Shown piece after piece: positions 1 to 13,229 of a stretch of DNA of 64,000 nt (its first letter is position 1; the number at the start of each line of letters is the position of its first letter). Under the pieces are notes generated by a model. It saw only the letters and a program-made list of their open reading frames with translations, was not told the DNA's origin and did no database searches. The stretch lies in the NCBI RefSeq assembly GCF_009914755.1, contig NC_060941.1; one strand, given 5' to 3'. The translations under genes were made by a program, and so were the position numbers. This stretch comes from the human T2T-CHM13v2.0 reference genome, Homo sapiens.

Positions 1-237
1 AATATCTATTTTTGTTAAATTTTTCATTCATATTGCAAATCATTTTCCTGATTTCATGGAATTGTCTATCTATATTCTGTTGTATATCAATGAACTTTCT
101 TAAGATCATTATTTCAAACTCATTTTCTGGCAGTTCACTTATTTTCTTTTCTATAGGGTCTGTTACTAGAGAGTTATTGTATTCCTCTGCTGGTGTCATA
201 CTTTTTTGCCTTTTTATGTTTCTTGCGTCCCTCTGTT
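1..237 (-). mobile_element. Old L1M fragment (ORF1 region), antisense; continues after the MER50 insertion
   Basis: T-rich sequence typical of antisense L1 ORF1 (tctgttactagagagttattgtattcctctgctggtgtcata); reads through into 981+ when the LTR is removed. Confidence 0.75.
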
Positions 238-980
238 TATTACTGGGAAGGAGGAAAATCTTTGGTCCATAGTCATCTTGGGAGAAAGATTTCAGCCAAA
301 CAACCATTCTGATAGCAGATTTATTGAAAATATGGGGAGCAGAAAGCTTATTTAAAAGGACAGTATGCTCTGAAAGATGAGGCAGAGCAGGCTGCTGAAA
401 GAGAATGGGCCAATGGCCCCCTGAGAGTTCTCTGTTGAGTTTTTACGATGTTGGATATTTTTCTTGAAGCTTCTGCTTCTGTCTCAAGTCTCTGCCTTTT
501 TTCTCTTTTTTCTGTATCTAGTTTTTCCACTTTGGCCTTAAGTCCCCACATTTTCCCCACCTGGTTTCCACCCCAGGTTTATGAGATTATCCTCACTGTC
601 AGTTGATGTGCATGTACAGACCCAGCGTGGGATACGAATTCTACCTAATGGCTGCATTGCTCATTACCACCAGCCCAAGAAGGTTGTATAGTGGTGAAAT
701 CTATACTTACTGCACATGTGTATCTCTTAGGAATTTTTCTTTTGCCCTCTTTCCTCCTTATCAGCATGCACCTAGCAACATCGTGACATTTGAAATGCAG
801 AGTGAATAATCATTAGGCATCTTAAGGGGCATTCCTTTCTGTATAGGTGTTTTGCCTCCTCTCTGCTCATATCTAGTATGCATGGTTTGGGTGATCTCTG
901 GGGTGTGAAGTTTTCCAGACCTCTCTTTTCTCATGGACTCCCCACTCCTGCTTGTGTCTAGCTATCTGCCTGCTCTAACA
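238..980 (-). mobile_element. MER50 solo LTR (ERV1)
   Basis: Reverse complement begins TGTTAGAGCAGGCAGATAGCTAGAC and matches recalled MER50 (ccccttaagatgcc, cattaggtagaattcgtatcc); 4-bp TSD tgtt (234-237) / cgtt (981-984) differs by one CpG transition. Confidence 0.85.
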
Positions 981-3423
981 CGTTAATGCCAGTGCATTTG
1001 GTGGGACAATTGCCTCTTCCAAACTTTACAGAGTGGCTTTTGAAGAAAAAGACCTTCAACTGCAGGTGGGTCTTAGTGTGTTGATTGGGAAGAATGTGAT
1101 GACTCTTGTTCCAAATAGATGTAGTGATATAGTCTTCATGCAGCTTCTTCAATTGTGATCAATGTCAGTGATAACTGTGAGTGTCTCAGTGACCTAGACT
1201 GTGGAAGTTTGTGGCAGTGGCAGCAGCAGCAGTGGTGGCAGTGGTGTAGTTGGTTAAGTTTCTCAGTGTCAAGAGCTTTTGAAGTTCTCTTATTTTTATT
1301 TTCCCCATAATGAAGAGACTTAGCAGAGGGAATCCCCCTTATTTTCAAATATGACACAACTTACAAGCATCTGCAGTGGCACTGGATTTCAGGTGCAAAA
1401 GCTCAGAGTGGCTGTGGAGCCAAGATCCTAGGTCCAGGGTCCAATGAAGCTTTGTAGCACCTGGATCGTGGGGTGCAGGTTAACTCTCTGTAGCAGGGTT
1501 GGATGTATAATGTCTGTGGATCTAGGATCTGTGACTCTGAGGCATCCCCTTTTTAGCAGCTTAGGACCAGAAGGCTGGGTTGTAGCTGTGATTCTGACCA
1601 TAGTGGGTAAGGCACAACATTGACCCAGATCTGGAGAAGGAGTGCTCTGGAGGTTTGGGCCTGCGGAGCAGGTTATGGCTGCAATTCAAGAGCCAGATCC
1701 AGTTTGGTTCAGAGGCAACTTGGGTCCCAAGACATGAGGCACTGTGTAGTGATGACTCTAGACCCTGGAATAGTAGGACTTGGCAATCCAGACTCTGTGA
1801 GACCAGGTGCAATAGCAGCAAGGACCCCAGAATGGCAGAGCACAGCTATTGTTTGGGTCCTGGGAGACAGGTAGCAGCACAGTAATTATTTCACTTCCCA
1901 GAGAGAAGTGTGTCTCAGCATCTTAGATACAGAGGGCTAATCCTGTCCAGGTAAGCAAGGAACTTACTTGTTTGGCATGCAGTGAAGGTGTCTCAGCTAT
2001 AGTGTGGGACGCACAGCTGCTCACCTTGGCTAAGGCGCTGATTTCTTAGGAGGCAATGCACTGTTTCTGCTCTAACCTGGGGGACTGACAGCTCTTGGCA
2101 GTCCAGGGATCATTACTCTGAGATGCAGGATGCCACTTCAACTTAAGTATTGGGGTGCTTGTCTGCTCTGAATGGCCAAGGCACCCTTTCCTGAGAGGCA
2201 GGGTGCTGCTTTAACTTATGCACCAGGGAAGCATTACTCTTGCAGGCAGCCAAGGTACTATTTTCCCAGGAGACAGGGGACTGCTTCAGCCCAGGCACTG
2301 GGAATATAACTGCTCTGGCAGTCAATGCATCATTTCCCTGGGATGCCAGTTATTGCTTTAGCTCTGGCATAGTGGGGAAGGCTGTAGGAGTGACTGGAAG
2401 ATGTATGTGGAGCTGCTCCATTAAAGCACCATTTTCCTGGGAGGCGATGTCCAATTTCAGGTTGAGTCCTGTGGAGCAGGTCACAGCAGTGACTGGCAGG
2501 GTTTTTTGGAACTGCTCTACTAAGGTACTGCTTCCATGAGAGGCAGTGTGTGAGGCTTCAATTCAGGACCCTAGGGGGAGGGCACAGCAGTGAGTGGGAA
2601 TGGCAGATGGGGCAGCTCTGCCAGTGCACCATTTCCCCATGAGAAAGTGGGCAGCTTTAGCTCAGGTCCCAAGAGGCAGGGTGCAGGAGTGACTGAAAGA
2701 GGTAGATGGAGCAGCACTGAGAAAGCACTGTTTCCTCAGAAAGGAATTCTCAGTTTTAGCTCCAGTCCCCAGGTGCAAGGCTTAGAAGCAACTGGGAGGA
2801 GTAGGTGGAGCAACTCCATCAGCTGCTCACAGTTCAGTTTGGGGATGCTGGACCACTGTTGGGGAGAGGTGGTTCCATGGCAGCTTAGCCTTAGGGATAA
2901 AAGGGTGTTGTGGCTATTCCATTTCACAGAGCCAAGACACACTTCAGCAGTATTTCCAGTTTCAAGATAACATAGTGTAATAGCTAGATGGGGGACAGGG
3001 AGTGGGCACAGTGTCAGCTCTTTCTCTGGAGAGAGCACAGCTGTGTGGACTCTAGGAAGCTCCCTCAGTTGGGTTTAGTGCCCATGAGGACTGCAGGGTT
3101 CCCCAGTCTTGAAAACTGTAAGTGTCCAAGGTGGTGGATGAAGGATGCTGGGGTCCTCTTGCTTACCTCTTCCCTGCTGCTGATCCTGACTGGAGGATAG
3201 GGTAGGTGGTGGCATCCAGGTGTTTCCTTTCATTGTTTATGAGGCTATCCTGAGTTTCTGTGCTCACTAGTGCTTCTGTCACTTTTTGTATATACTCTGG
3301 CACTCTCCTTTAGTTATTTTCACCACAATGTGGTTCTTTTTTTATTTTTATTTTTTCAAAATTTTGGCTATCTTTATGGAGGAGGACAAGTGTTAGGGGA
3401 TTCTAGTTGGCCATCTTGCTCCC
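981..3423 (-). mobile_element. Old L1M 5' UTR, antisense, reaching the element's 5' terminus
   Basis: Ends in ttctagttggccatcttgctccc, the reverse complement of gggagcaagatggccaactagaa (YY1-type L1 start); GC-richer degenerate 5' UTR. Confidence 0.75.
2330..2830. repeat. Degenerate ~100-bp tandem array (about 5 units) in the L1M 5' UTR
   Basis: A ggagtgactgg...tggagcagctc-like block recurs near 2388, 2487, 2587, 2686 and 2786. Confidence 0.7.
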
Positions 3424-4122
3424 ATATAGAAATTATGAAGATGAAAAATATAATAGCTGAAATTTCAAAACTCTCTAGAAGGCTTCAAAAATATATTCAG
3501 CAGGCAGGAAAGAAAGTATGAAAACTTGAAGATAAGTCAATTGAAATTGTCCGGACTAAAAAGCAGAAAGAGTATGACGAAAAATAAACAGAGCCTAAAA
3601 GACTTATGGGATATTGTCAAGCTAAAGTATGCTTATTAGGGATCTCAAAGGGAGAGAAAAAAGAAAAAGAGGTAGAAAAAATATTTGAAGAAACAATGGC
3701 TGAAAATTTCCCGAATTTAATAAAATACTTAAATCTTCACATTCAAGACTCTCAATTAACTCCAAGAAGGAGAAATACAAAGAGATTGATTATAACCAAA
3801 TTGTCAAAAGTCAGGGACAAAAACAAAATATTAAAAGCAACAGGAAACATGGCTCAACTTATACAAGGTATCATCAGTAAAATTAATAGCAGATTTCTTG
3901 ATTTCTCTTCAGAAATCATGGTGACCAGAAGATAATGAGATGACATTTTAAAAATGCTGACCAAAAAAAAAAAAAAAAATTAAAAAAAATCCACCCAAGA
4001 ATCTATACTTAGAAAAATTATTCCTAAAGAATGAAGGAGAAATTAAAACATTCTTGAATAAACAAAAGCTGAGAGACTTCATCACTAATGGGCCTGCCCT
4101 ACAAGAAATGCTACAAGAGAGC

Positions 4123-4369
4123 ACAATGAGAACACATGGACACAGGAAGGGGAACATCACACTCTGGGGACTGTTGTGGGGTGGGGGGAGGGGGGAGGGA
4201 TAGCATTAGGAGATATACCTAATGCTAAATGACGAGTTAATGGGTGCAGCACACCAGCATGGCACATGTATACATATGTAACTAACCTGCACATTGTGCA
4301 CATGTACCCTAAAACTTAAAGTATAACAATAATTTAAAAAACCCTATAAAAAATAAAAAAAATAAAAAA
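4123..4369 (+). mobile_element. L1PA3-like 3' end, strongly 5'-truncated, with A-rich tail
   Basis: Near-perfect young L1 3' UTR with gcattaggagatatacctaatgctaaatgacgagttaatgggtgcagcacaccagc and the G-rich tract. Confidence 0.9.
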
Positions 4370-4765
4370 CATGATTGACAGACAGAAATGAAAGAACACT
4401 ACAAATTAGCTCAAAGGAATACAAAGTAATAAAGAGCAAAGGTAGCTTCATAGGTAAATATAAAAGCCAGCATTATTGTATTTTGGTTTGTAATTTCTCT
4501 TTGTATTTCCTACTTTAATTAAAAGACAAATGCATAATATAATTATTATAAGTGTATGTTAATATATACAGAGTAAGTAAAGACATAATTGACAATAACA
4601 ATATAAAGGGGTGATGAGGCTATATATTATAGTAGCAGAATTTTTATATGCTACTTAGGTTGTCATCAATTCAAAATAGGTTGTTATATATTTAGTGTAT
4701 TAAAAGTAATTCTTATGGCAACTACTAAGAAAATATTTGTTAAAAATACATAAAAGAAAATAAGA

Positions 4766-4990
4766 GTGAATCAAATTGGTACACCACAAACAGCTAATTA
4801 AACGCAAAAGGCAGTAATGAAGAAAATTAAAAATAAAAGTATGACATATTAAAAACAGATGTCAAAATGGCAGATGAGTGTGAATCAAATTGGTAAACCA
4901 CAAAGAGTTAAACACAAAAGAAGGCAATAAAGAAGAAAATTAAGAACAATAAAAGTATGACATACTAAAAATATATGTCAAAATGGCAGA
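4766..4990. repeat. Diverged ~114-bp tandem duplication
   Basis: gtgaatcaaattggta...gtcaaaatggcaga at 4766-4874 and 4880-4990. Confidence 0.85.
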
Positions 4991-5599
4991 AGTAAGTGCT
5001 TCCTTGTCAGTAACTGCTTTAAATGTAAATGGAATAAACTCTACAATCAAAAGTGAGGGATTAGCAGAACGGATTTTTAAAACCACAATCCAACTATGTG
5101 CTGTCTACAAGAGACTCATTTTAGATTCAATGACACATGTAGATTGAAAGTGACAGGATGAAAAAATGTAGCCCATGCAAATATAACAAAAAGAGAGTTT
5201 GAGTGGCTATACTAATGTCAGACAAAACAGACTTTCAGTTAAAAACTGCTGCAAGGAACAAAGATATTATGTATTGATAAAGGGGTCTATACATCAAGAT
5301 AATGTAACAATTATAAACATAAGCACCAAACAACATAGAAAGAGCCCCAAAATACAGAAAGCAAACATTGACAGAATTAAAGGGAAAAATAGTTGTATAT
5401 TAATAGTTAGAGACTTTTTAAAATAATGAATACCTACACGAAGATCAATAAAAAATAGAGGACTTGAACAACACTGTCAACCAACCAGACCAAATAGACA
5501 TATATAAATCACTCCATTCAACAATAGCAGAATACACATTCTTCTTAAATGCACACGAAACTTCATCACCTTTAGACTCTAAAATGTTGGGAAAGTTCT

Positions 5600-6730
5600 G
5601 TGCCAGCTTTTTTAAAAAATGACTTTTTAATAAATGTTGATATTCATGACAAATTTTGGTCTGAGATTTGTCATTGATAACTGATAATGAGGCTTTAGAA
5701 GCCAATTTTTATCTGTCACATGTAACTATTTTGGGAGCTACCTTTATGTATCAAAAAGGACTAAATTGTGTTAGGTTACTTTAAAAAAGGATAGAAAGTA
5801 GTTTACCTCTCTCTGGAAAGAACTAGCTTTTAGATAGAGTTCTTAGTTGTACTTTTTTCTGTTTATCTTATTAACATTTAAAAATTTTTATCTCCTCTAC
5901 CTATTTTTCTTAAGTCTCTTAAATATTTGTTCAACTTTGATTTATTTGAATTAATTATTTTTACATTTTTTTATTTAGTAACAAATGTCTAATGAATTTT
6001 TAGTACAATTTTAATAATAGCATGTAGATTGCATGATGTTGATGCTTTTATGACTTTTATGTTTTAGAGAATGGTAATTCCTATCTCTTAAGATTTAACC
6101 ATTTTGTCTACCTTCCATTTCTAACTGATTGTTTTGTGTTGCTTTCCTAATCTGACTAGCAATTTTTTGTTTCAGTGTACTTAGCTCAGAGCATATGGCC
6201 TGTACCCCATTACAAATTATGAAAATTATTATGCTTTTCAAGGTATGTATGTGCACCTATCTCCTAAAAAGAACAATTCACATATGTATGTATACGTATT
6301 TATAAAGAAATATATATATGTATATCTTCCAAAAAAGAAATATGTGTGTGTATATGTGTTTGCTCTGTGGGTTGATTAAATTGAAGGGATATTCTGTCAG
6401 CAAGTCAGAGTCTGAAATATAGAGGTATAAGACCAACTTATTAATCATCCTTATCCTTACTCATTGTGTGTGTTTATCTGTCACCAAATGAGAGATATGT
6501 GAATGTCTATTTGTCTACCTATTTTAATTTTAATATATTATGATAGCACATTAGTAGTATACAAAGACTCATGGCACTTATACATTCCTTGTAGGTTAGA
6601 TCATTTTTCAACTTTTTTAAAGCATCCTGGTTTGTCTCCTTTAAAGCTTTACCTTGTGTTCACAGCATTGTCTGATACTAACATTGCAATCCTTGATTAC
6701 CTTTGAACACATTTGGCTTTTATCTTTCTA
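5600..6730 (-). mobile_element. Very degraded L1ME-like ORF2 remnants, antisense
   Basis: T-rich, with weak similarity to the antisense L1 endonuclease region (ttgtctgatactaacattgcaatcc). Confidence 0.4.
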
Positions 6731-7099
6731 TTGTCAATTGTTGTAAATATGGGGCAGTTCACACTCATCTTTGTCACCATGACCCTTCATTCTCTACACT
6801 ATGACAAAGACATATAGGTACATCTGGCTTTAGTGGCTATTTCAGCTACTCAGCAGTAAACAAATGGATTTATAGTCTCAGAGGAGAAAAGGAAAAACAA
6901 ATGCTAAGTATTGTGGTTGCCACTGTTCTGAGAAAAACACAAAAATAAAACCTCTCAACGTAGTGTCCTCTCACCAATGTTTCTCAACTCCTAGTCTTAC
7001 TCTCCTCTTTATAAGTGAGTTCTGACTTTTCCAGGCTTACGTTCCATCTTAGGCTTTCACACTAATTATCTCCACTCTACCGAGAAATGTCATGCTCTA

Positions 7100-8735
7100 T
7101 CTCCTTAAATTTTTCTCTTTCCCAGGCCATCTTACCCCCGTTATCATTTTACATGCCATCCAGATGTTTATGGTCCCCAAATGTATATTTCCACACTCAA
7201 ATTGTCATCTTAGCTATAGACTCACACATGTGAATTCTTTATTTTCCAGCACCCACATCTGCTCCTTTCTCTGACTTTCCTATCTTGGTCTACTACATAC
7301 TTGGTCATGCTCACAATGCAAGATTCACTGATGTCCTCTTCTTCTCCATCACTCTTTACCTCTGCTTATTCGCGAAATCTAATAGAGGCTAACTTCTAAA
7401 AAGTTTGAACCCCAATCATCTCTCTTCTTCTCTGCTGCCATTGCCCTTTTGATAATTATTTTTTCTCAAGCAGTTAAAAGGATCTTTTAAAATGCAAATC
7501 TTTTTATGTCTCATTCCCTACTTAAAACTATTCTGTGGCTTTCAGCCTTGTATACTGTTGGTGGAAATGTAAAGTGGTACACCCAGTATGGAAAACAATA
7601 TTAAAACATTAAAATTACAATTAAAAATATAATTAAAATTAAAATTTAAAATACAATTAAAATTTAAAAATTAAAAATACAATTACCATATGATCCAGCA
7701 ATCCCACTTTTAAAGGAAATAAAATCAGTATCTTCAAGACATATGTGTACCTCCATGTTCACTGCAGCGTTATTCACAAAAGCCAAGATAAGGAAACAAT
7801 CTGTCTGTTGGTAGGTGAATGGACAAAGAGTCTGTGGTACATATATATATACAATGGAATATTACTCATCATTAAAAAGAAGAAAATTGTGCCATTTGTG
7901 AAAACATAAATGAACAAGGAGGATATTATGCTAAGTGAAATAAGCCAGACATAAAAAGACAAATGCTGTTTGATCTCCCTTATTTGTGGAATTTAAAATA
8001 ATCAAACTAATAAAAGTAGAGAGTAGAATGATAGGTTCCAGGGGCTAGGGGCTGGGAGAAATAGGGAGATTTGGTCAAAGGGTACAAAGTTCCAGTTATG
8101 AGACGGACAAGTTCTGTGTATCCAATGTACAGCATAGGTAATGATGGATGTGTTAATTAATGTACTGTGATCATTGTTACACAATGTATACATATATCAA
8201 ATCAGCACATTGTACAACATGGACAGGTTTTTCCCTAATTTATTTATCTATGTCTTTAATTTAAAAATATTTAATTGGCAGATAAAGAAAAAATGATAAA
8301 TAAATAAATTGTTCTATGGTTTTGTATAAAATAACATGGCTCCCTGGTTCCTGCTAACTCCTCTAGCTTTGTCTCGTACAGTCTAACTTCCTTTATTTTA
8401 TGCAGTTGTACTGGACATCTCTGCATATCCAGAATAAGAGAAGGTCTCTCCTGCCTCAGAGAATATGCAAGAAATGTTCTCTTTCTTTCTTTTTAGCCTC
8501 TCGCCCATCATTCCTTCGAGCTTCAGTAAAAATTTTCAAGGGAGTCTTTATAGACCAAATTTGATCTTTGTGAACATGTGTCTCAGATGGCACTCATCAT
8601 ATCTGTAACAGTTCATTTTGTGTCTTTCTCTTTAAGCTTCATTAAGGTTTGGATTAATCCTGTCTGGGACATCTTTATTCCCCCAGAACCTCTCATACTT
8701 TCTGGGATGTAATGGGTGCTTCATACGTAGCTATC
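7100..8735 (+). mobile_element. L2 3' region, interrupted by the L1MA 3' fragment at 7546-8308
   Basis: L2 motifs such as gatcttttaaaatgcaaatc...cctacttaaaac and ctcctgcctcagag; pyrimidine-rich. Confidence 0.65.
7546..8308 (+). mobile_element. L1MA (L1MA8-10-like) 3' end
   Basis: ORF2 C-terminal DNA (ttaccatatgatccagcaatcccactt) and 3' UTR (ttggtcaaagggtacaaagttccagttatg); decayed TSD aaaactattctgtggcttt / taaattgttctatggtttt. Confidence 0.85.
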
Positions 8736-9949
8736 AACAAGAGATTGACGTGAAGGTAACTTAGATAATTGGTACACACATTTCATTTATTTACTCTGTG
8801 TTTTATTATTTCTCTTTTAATTTTAAAATTGATGAAAGGGTTATTTATTCCAACAGACACAGAACTTATTTATGTTATAAAAATAATCTCTATTCTAAAT
8901 TAGAGAATTACTACAGATGTCTACTACTATGATTACAAGTTCTTTTATTCTTGAATCCTTCTTTTCTATGAAACAATCTGATGGATTGCTGGAATGTTAC
9001 CAAGTAATTCCATCATGTTGGCTAATCATTTCTGATAATTTCAAACATGGACATGTTCTGGTTGACATGTTTTGGGTCTTATAGGAGATCATGACAGTTG
9101 ATCCTTGGCAGTTATATAAAATGAATCAAACTTATATTCAAATAAACACTGTAGTGACAAATAGCTTTTTCAAAGAGATAGAGTTACACTTTAAGCTATT
9201 ATAATGAGTATAGAAATTAAATAATAATATTTCCACACAGTTTTTTCTAAAAGTAAAAAAGAAGTTAACAAATTTAAATGATGTATAAAACCAGAAAACT
9301 CTGCTGAAGGAAAAAATCGTTATTAAGTGAAGGAAATGTGAGATGAGCTTATTTATAAATATGTCAAAAATAACTTTCAACATATGCTAAAAAAACCTCA
9401 TTTCTTTGCAACTACTTGGGCTGGTTTTCTACTGTGGTTTGACACTTTCCCCTGAAGCTTTCTCTTTGTTGAATATAAAGAGATTGAAGTAGAATTAAAT
9501 ACTTTTTAAAGTATTCTTTAAAATATGTAAGTAGTATATGAAGTTTTTGTTACTGGCTATGTCTGTGTCAATTTAAAGGCTTAATACTCTTCAATAATTT
9601 CTAAGCTTCCAATAATTCTAAAAAAGTAAATGGAGAATATCCATACAAAACAGCATTGCCAAACCCCAGTGCTCATCTCAGCTAGAAATGGCATGCAAAG
9701 TCATTAAATAATAACAAATAAGCTTATTTTTAAAGTATAAGCAGTTTAATATTTGTTAGGTTTGGGAGTTCTAAGATACTACGTTTTCATCCTCACCTAG
9801 TCAAAAATCTTTTACTAATTATAGAAGTTGCTTTCAAAGGGTGATTCTTCAAAGTACTACAATTGTACAGATGTGCCTCAGCAGTTGGCACAAGCAACAA
9901 GGGAGAAATGAAATTACCCACCTTCATAGGGGTAGTTGGACATACTAAT

Positions 9950-11500
9950 ATGATGTCTAGAGAAAAGTTATGAGTTGGATATATAATTTTGGGGGTTATG
10001 CCCAAGTAGACAATATTTGAAAGCCAAGAAATCCAGTGAAATCACCAAGTGATGAGTGTGGATAGAAAAAAAAAAGAGAGAGAGAGAAAGAAGAGATCCA
10101 AGGATTAGTCCCGGGTAATATGATACTTAAAGGCTGAGGGAATTAAGTAAAATCAGTAAGGGAAACTAGAAAGGAATGGCCACAGGGCCTACATAAGTGG
10201 AGGATTTAGATTTTGTTAGGAACATGGGACATTCATCTACAGAACCAGGAGAAAAGGCAGAGGATGTGCTGTAGGTAAGTGAATCAAGGTGGTGGTAGAA
10301 TTATGGAATTTCTCTTCTGACTGCTTCTATTTTCTTGTTGAACTATGAAACAAAGGTCATTAGCTGAGAGTGAGAATGCAGGGAAATGTTTTGGGGTATT
10401 TGAGGAGAAAAGAGAAAGAATGAAAGAGTCATCTAGGAAAGCGGGAATCTGAATTAACCGAGGAAATGTCCTGTGATTTCTAGGCAGCATTAAGGGCCCA
10501 TATGAGATCTGTAATCACGAATTTCAAAGAGACCAGTTAGAGTGGTTGTGTCCTTTCTCCAGCTAGGTTCAATCGTACCTGTGCAGGGGCAGAATAGATG
10601 GAGAGTTGGAGTTAATCAGGCTTTGCAAGAATATGATAAACAGAGAGAATGTATGCAAAGGAGTCATTACAATGTTTGAGTAAGAAGATGCAGTATCATG
10701 GGAGGTAGAAAGACAGTGAAAAAACATATAATTAATGAATTCTAAGTACAAGTGAGATTCTGAAAAAGCTTTAGAGATGGGGTACTAAAGGGAGTAAACT
10801 AGAAAGATAGTGGGTGATATTTGAAGAGTGGAATGTTTAAATTGAGACAAAGAAGGGATCACTATCATTGGTACTGCCCAGGCTAGCAAATGACCATAAG
10901 AATGAATGATTCATGTATGGTGTAAAGGAAGATTACTGGGAAGAGGAAGTCTATGAACTAAGAAGTGAGGATCAAGAAATGTTGCTGTCGTGGGCATGAA
11001 AACGATCAGAACATGATTGTGGGAGTTAGTGGGGTAGCATGAAAGATAAGCTCACTGGTGAAGAGAAGATGCAGAAACAGAGATTAGCTACATAAATATT
11101 AAAATGGCCAAGATCATAACAGGAATATGGAGGAGAGAGAGTTAAGAACTTCAAAGATGGAGTGGAAGTGACTCAAAAATCAGTTTGAAAACTTGAGACT
11201 TTAAAGTTGGGTATTTTTAGAAAGAAGAGTTGTAGAAGCAGTAATGAGGAATATGAAAAACACTTATTCCATCTCCAGGTTTGGAGCATGAGGCTGGAGG
11301 AGGAGAAAAGCATTAGCGAGTGCCTCAGGAAAACACTGTTCTGAGAAAGACAGGTGATGTTTGAGTGAAGAGGTAAGGGAAACACTCATAAGCTACAGAC
11401 ATAAGATTAAAGAGAAAGATCAACATCACAGAATATGTGGTCCCAAATGGGCCCAAGAACTTAAGGGAATTGAGTGGGGTATATGTGGGAGAAAGATGGA
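9950..11500 (-). mobile_element. L2 fragments, antisense
   Basis: Purine-rich antisense L2 motifs (gagtgtggatagaa...gaagagatccaagga; tgactgcttctattttct...aggtcattagctgagagtgag). Confidence 0.65.
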
Positions 11501-11669
11501 TATTTCAATATATGAGAGGGCTACTTAGTTATTTGAAAAAATAAAATTCTGTGTCTTCATTTTTTTCTGACTCCCTTGTGAGTCAATAATTTAAATGTAA
11601 AAATAATTTTAAAGTCCTAGAAGACACTTTTAAGGTAATATAAAAATGTTCAAGAATGAAGTAATTTTT

Positions 11670-11797
11670 GGCTGGGTGTGGTGGCTCACACCTGTAATCC
11701 CAACACTTTGGGAGACCAAGGTGAAAGGATAGCTTGAACCCAGGAGTTCAAGACCAGACTTGACAACACAGGGAGACCTCGACTTTACAAAAAAATT
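11670..11797 (+). mobile_element. FLAM_C / Alu left monomer
   Basis: Single Alu monomer plus A tail; approximate TSD aatgaagtaattttt / aatgaagtcttttt. Confidence 0.85.
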
Positions 11798-11881
11798 AAA
11801 TGAAGTCTTTTTAAGCATGCAAGGAAATATTCAAACATTAAAGAGAAAACTGAATTTTTATGCTATAAAAAAAGAAAATTC

Positions 11882-12278
<397 letters not shown>

Positions 12279-12522
12279 CTACTGCAGACAAAAGACTAAT
12301 TCTGTTAGCATATGAAAATCACATACTAATCAGTAAAAAGATGAGTAAATTGATAAAAAAAATTAATGAATGTTAAAAACAGGTCACAGAAAAAGAAGTA
12401 TTTTAAAAACGTGAAAGATTTATTCATTCTTAACACCAGGGTATTAAAAAAAGAATTATAAAACTCAAAAAATCTTAAAACACTCACTCAAAATTGAAAA
12501 TAAAAAAAATGCAAAATAGACT

Positions 12523-12841
<319 letters not shown>

Positions 12842-12885
12842 CTACTTTATCGATCAGAATGGCAAAAATGAAAACACCGACCGTA

Positions 12886-13229
12886 GTGATAGTTAGATGG
12901 GATGATTATTTTAAATTATCCATGTGTGCCCATTTTAATCACAAGAGTCTGTATAAAAGGCAGGCAGGAGATCAGAGAGGTGAGAACATGCTAAGATGCT
13001 GGCTTTGAAATTGGAGGAAGGGGCTGTGAGCCTAGGAATGTAGGTGGCCTCCAGAATATGAAGAAGGTAAGGACATAGATTCTCTCCCAAAGCTTTCATG
13101 AGTATCACAGCCCTGTCAACACCTTGATATTAAAATTCTGATCTCCATAAATGTAAAGTAATACATTTGTGTTACTTAAGCCATTAAGTGTAAGGTACTG
13201 TGTTATAGCAGCAACAGCAAACTAATACA
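12886..13229 (+). mobile_element. MLT1D-like MaLR LTR (partial)
   Basis: gctggctttgaaattggaggaaggggctgtgagcctaggaatg...; ends gcagcaacagcaaactaataca. Confidence 0.8.

Larger units (their letters stand above)
3424..5565 (+). mobile_element. Old L1M (L1MB/MC-type) ORF1, inter-ORF and ORF2 endonuclease start, degraded
   Basis: ORF 3606-3935 resembles L1 ORF1p (EKIFEETMAENFPNL...IITKLSKVRDKNKILKA); ORF2 start atggcagaagtaag...aatgtaaatgga at about 4983; ORF 5199-5426 contains LIKGSIHQ. Confidence 0.85.

Noticed and set aside
1561-3200. Cluster of 60-126 aa ORFs in a GC-richer region
   Set aside because: Chance ORFs in a degenerate, internally repetitive L1 5' UTR.
4177-4199. G-quadruplex motif
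   Set aside because: Standard feature of the L1PA 3' UTR.
9395-9470. Possible minus-strand terminal coding exon (ESFRGKCQTTVEKPAQVVAKK*)
   Set aside because: Weak AAG acceptor, unrecognised peptide, and no upstream coding exon to link it to.
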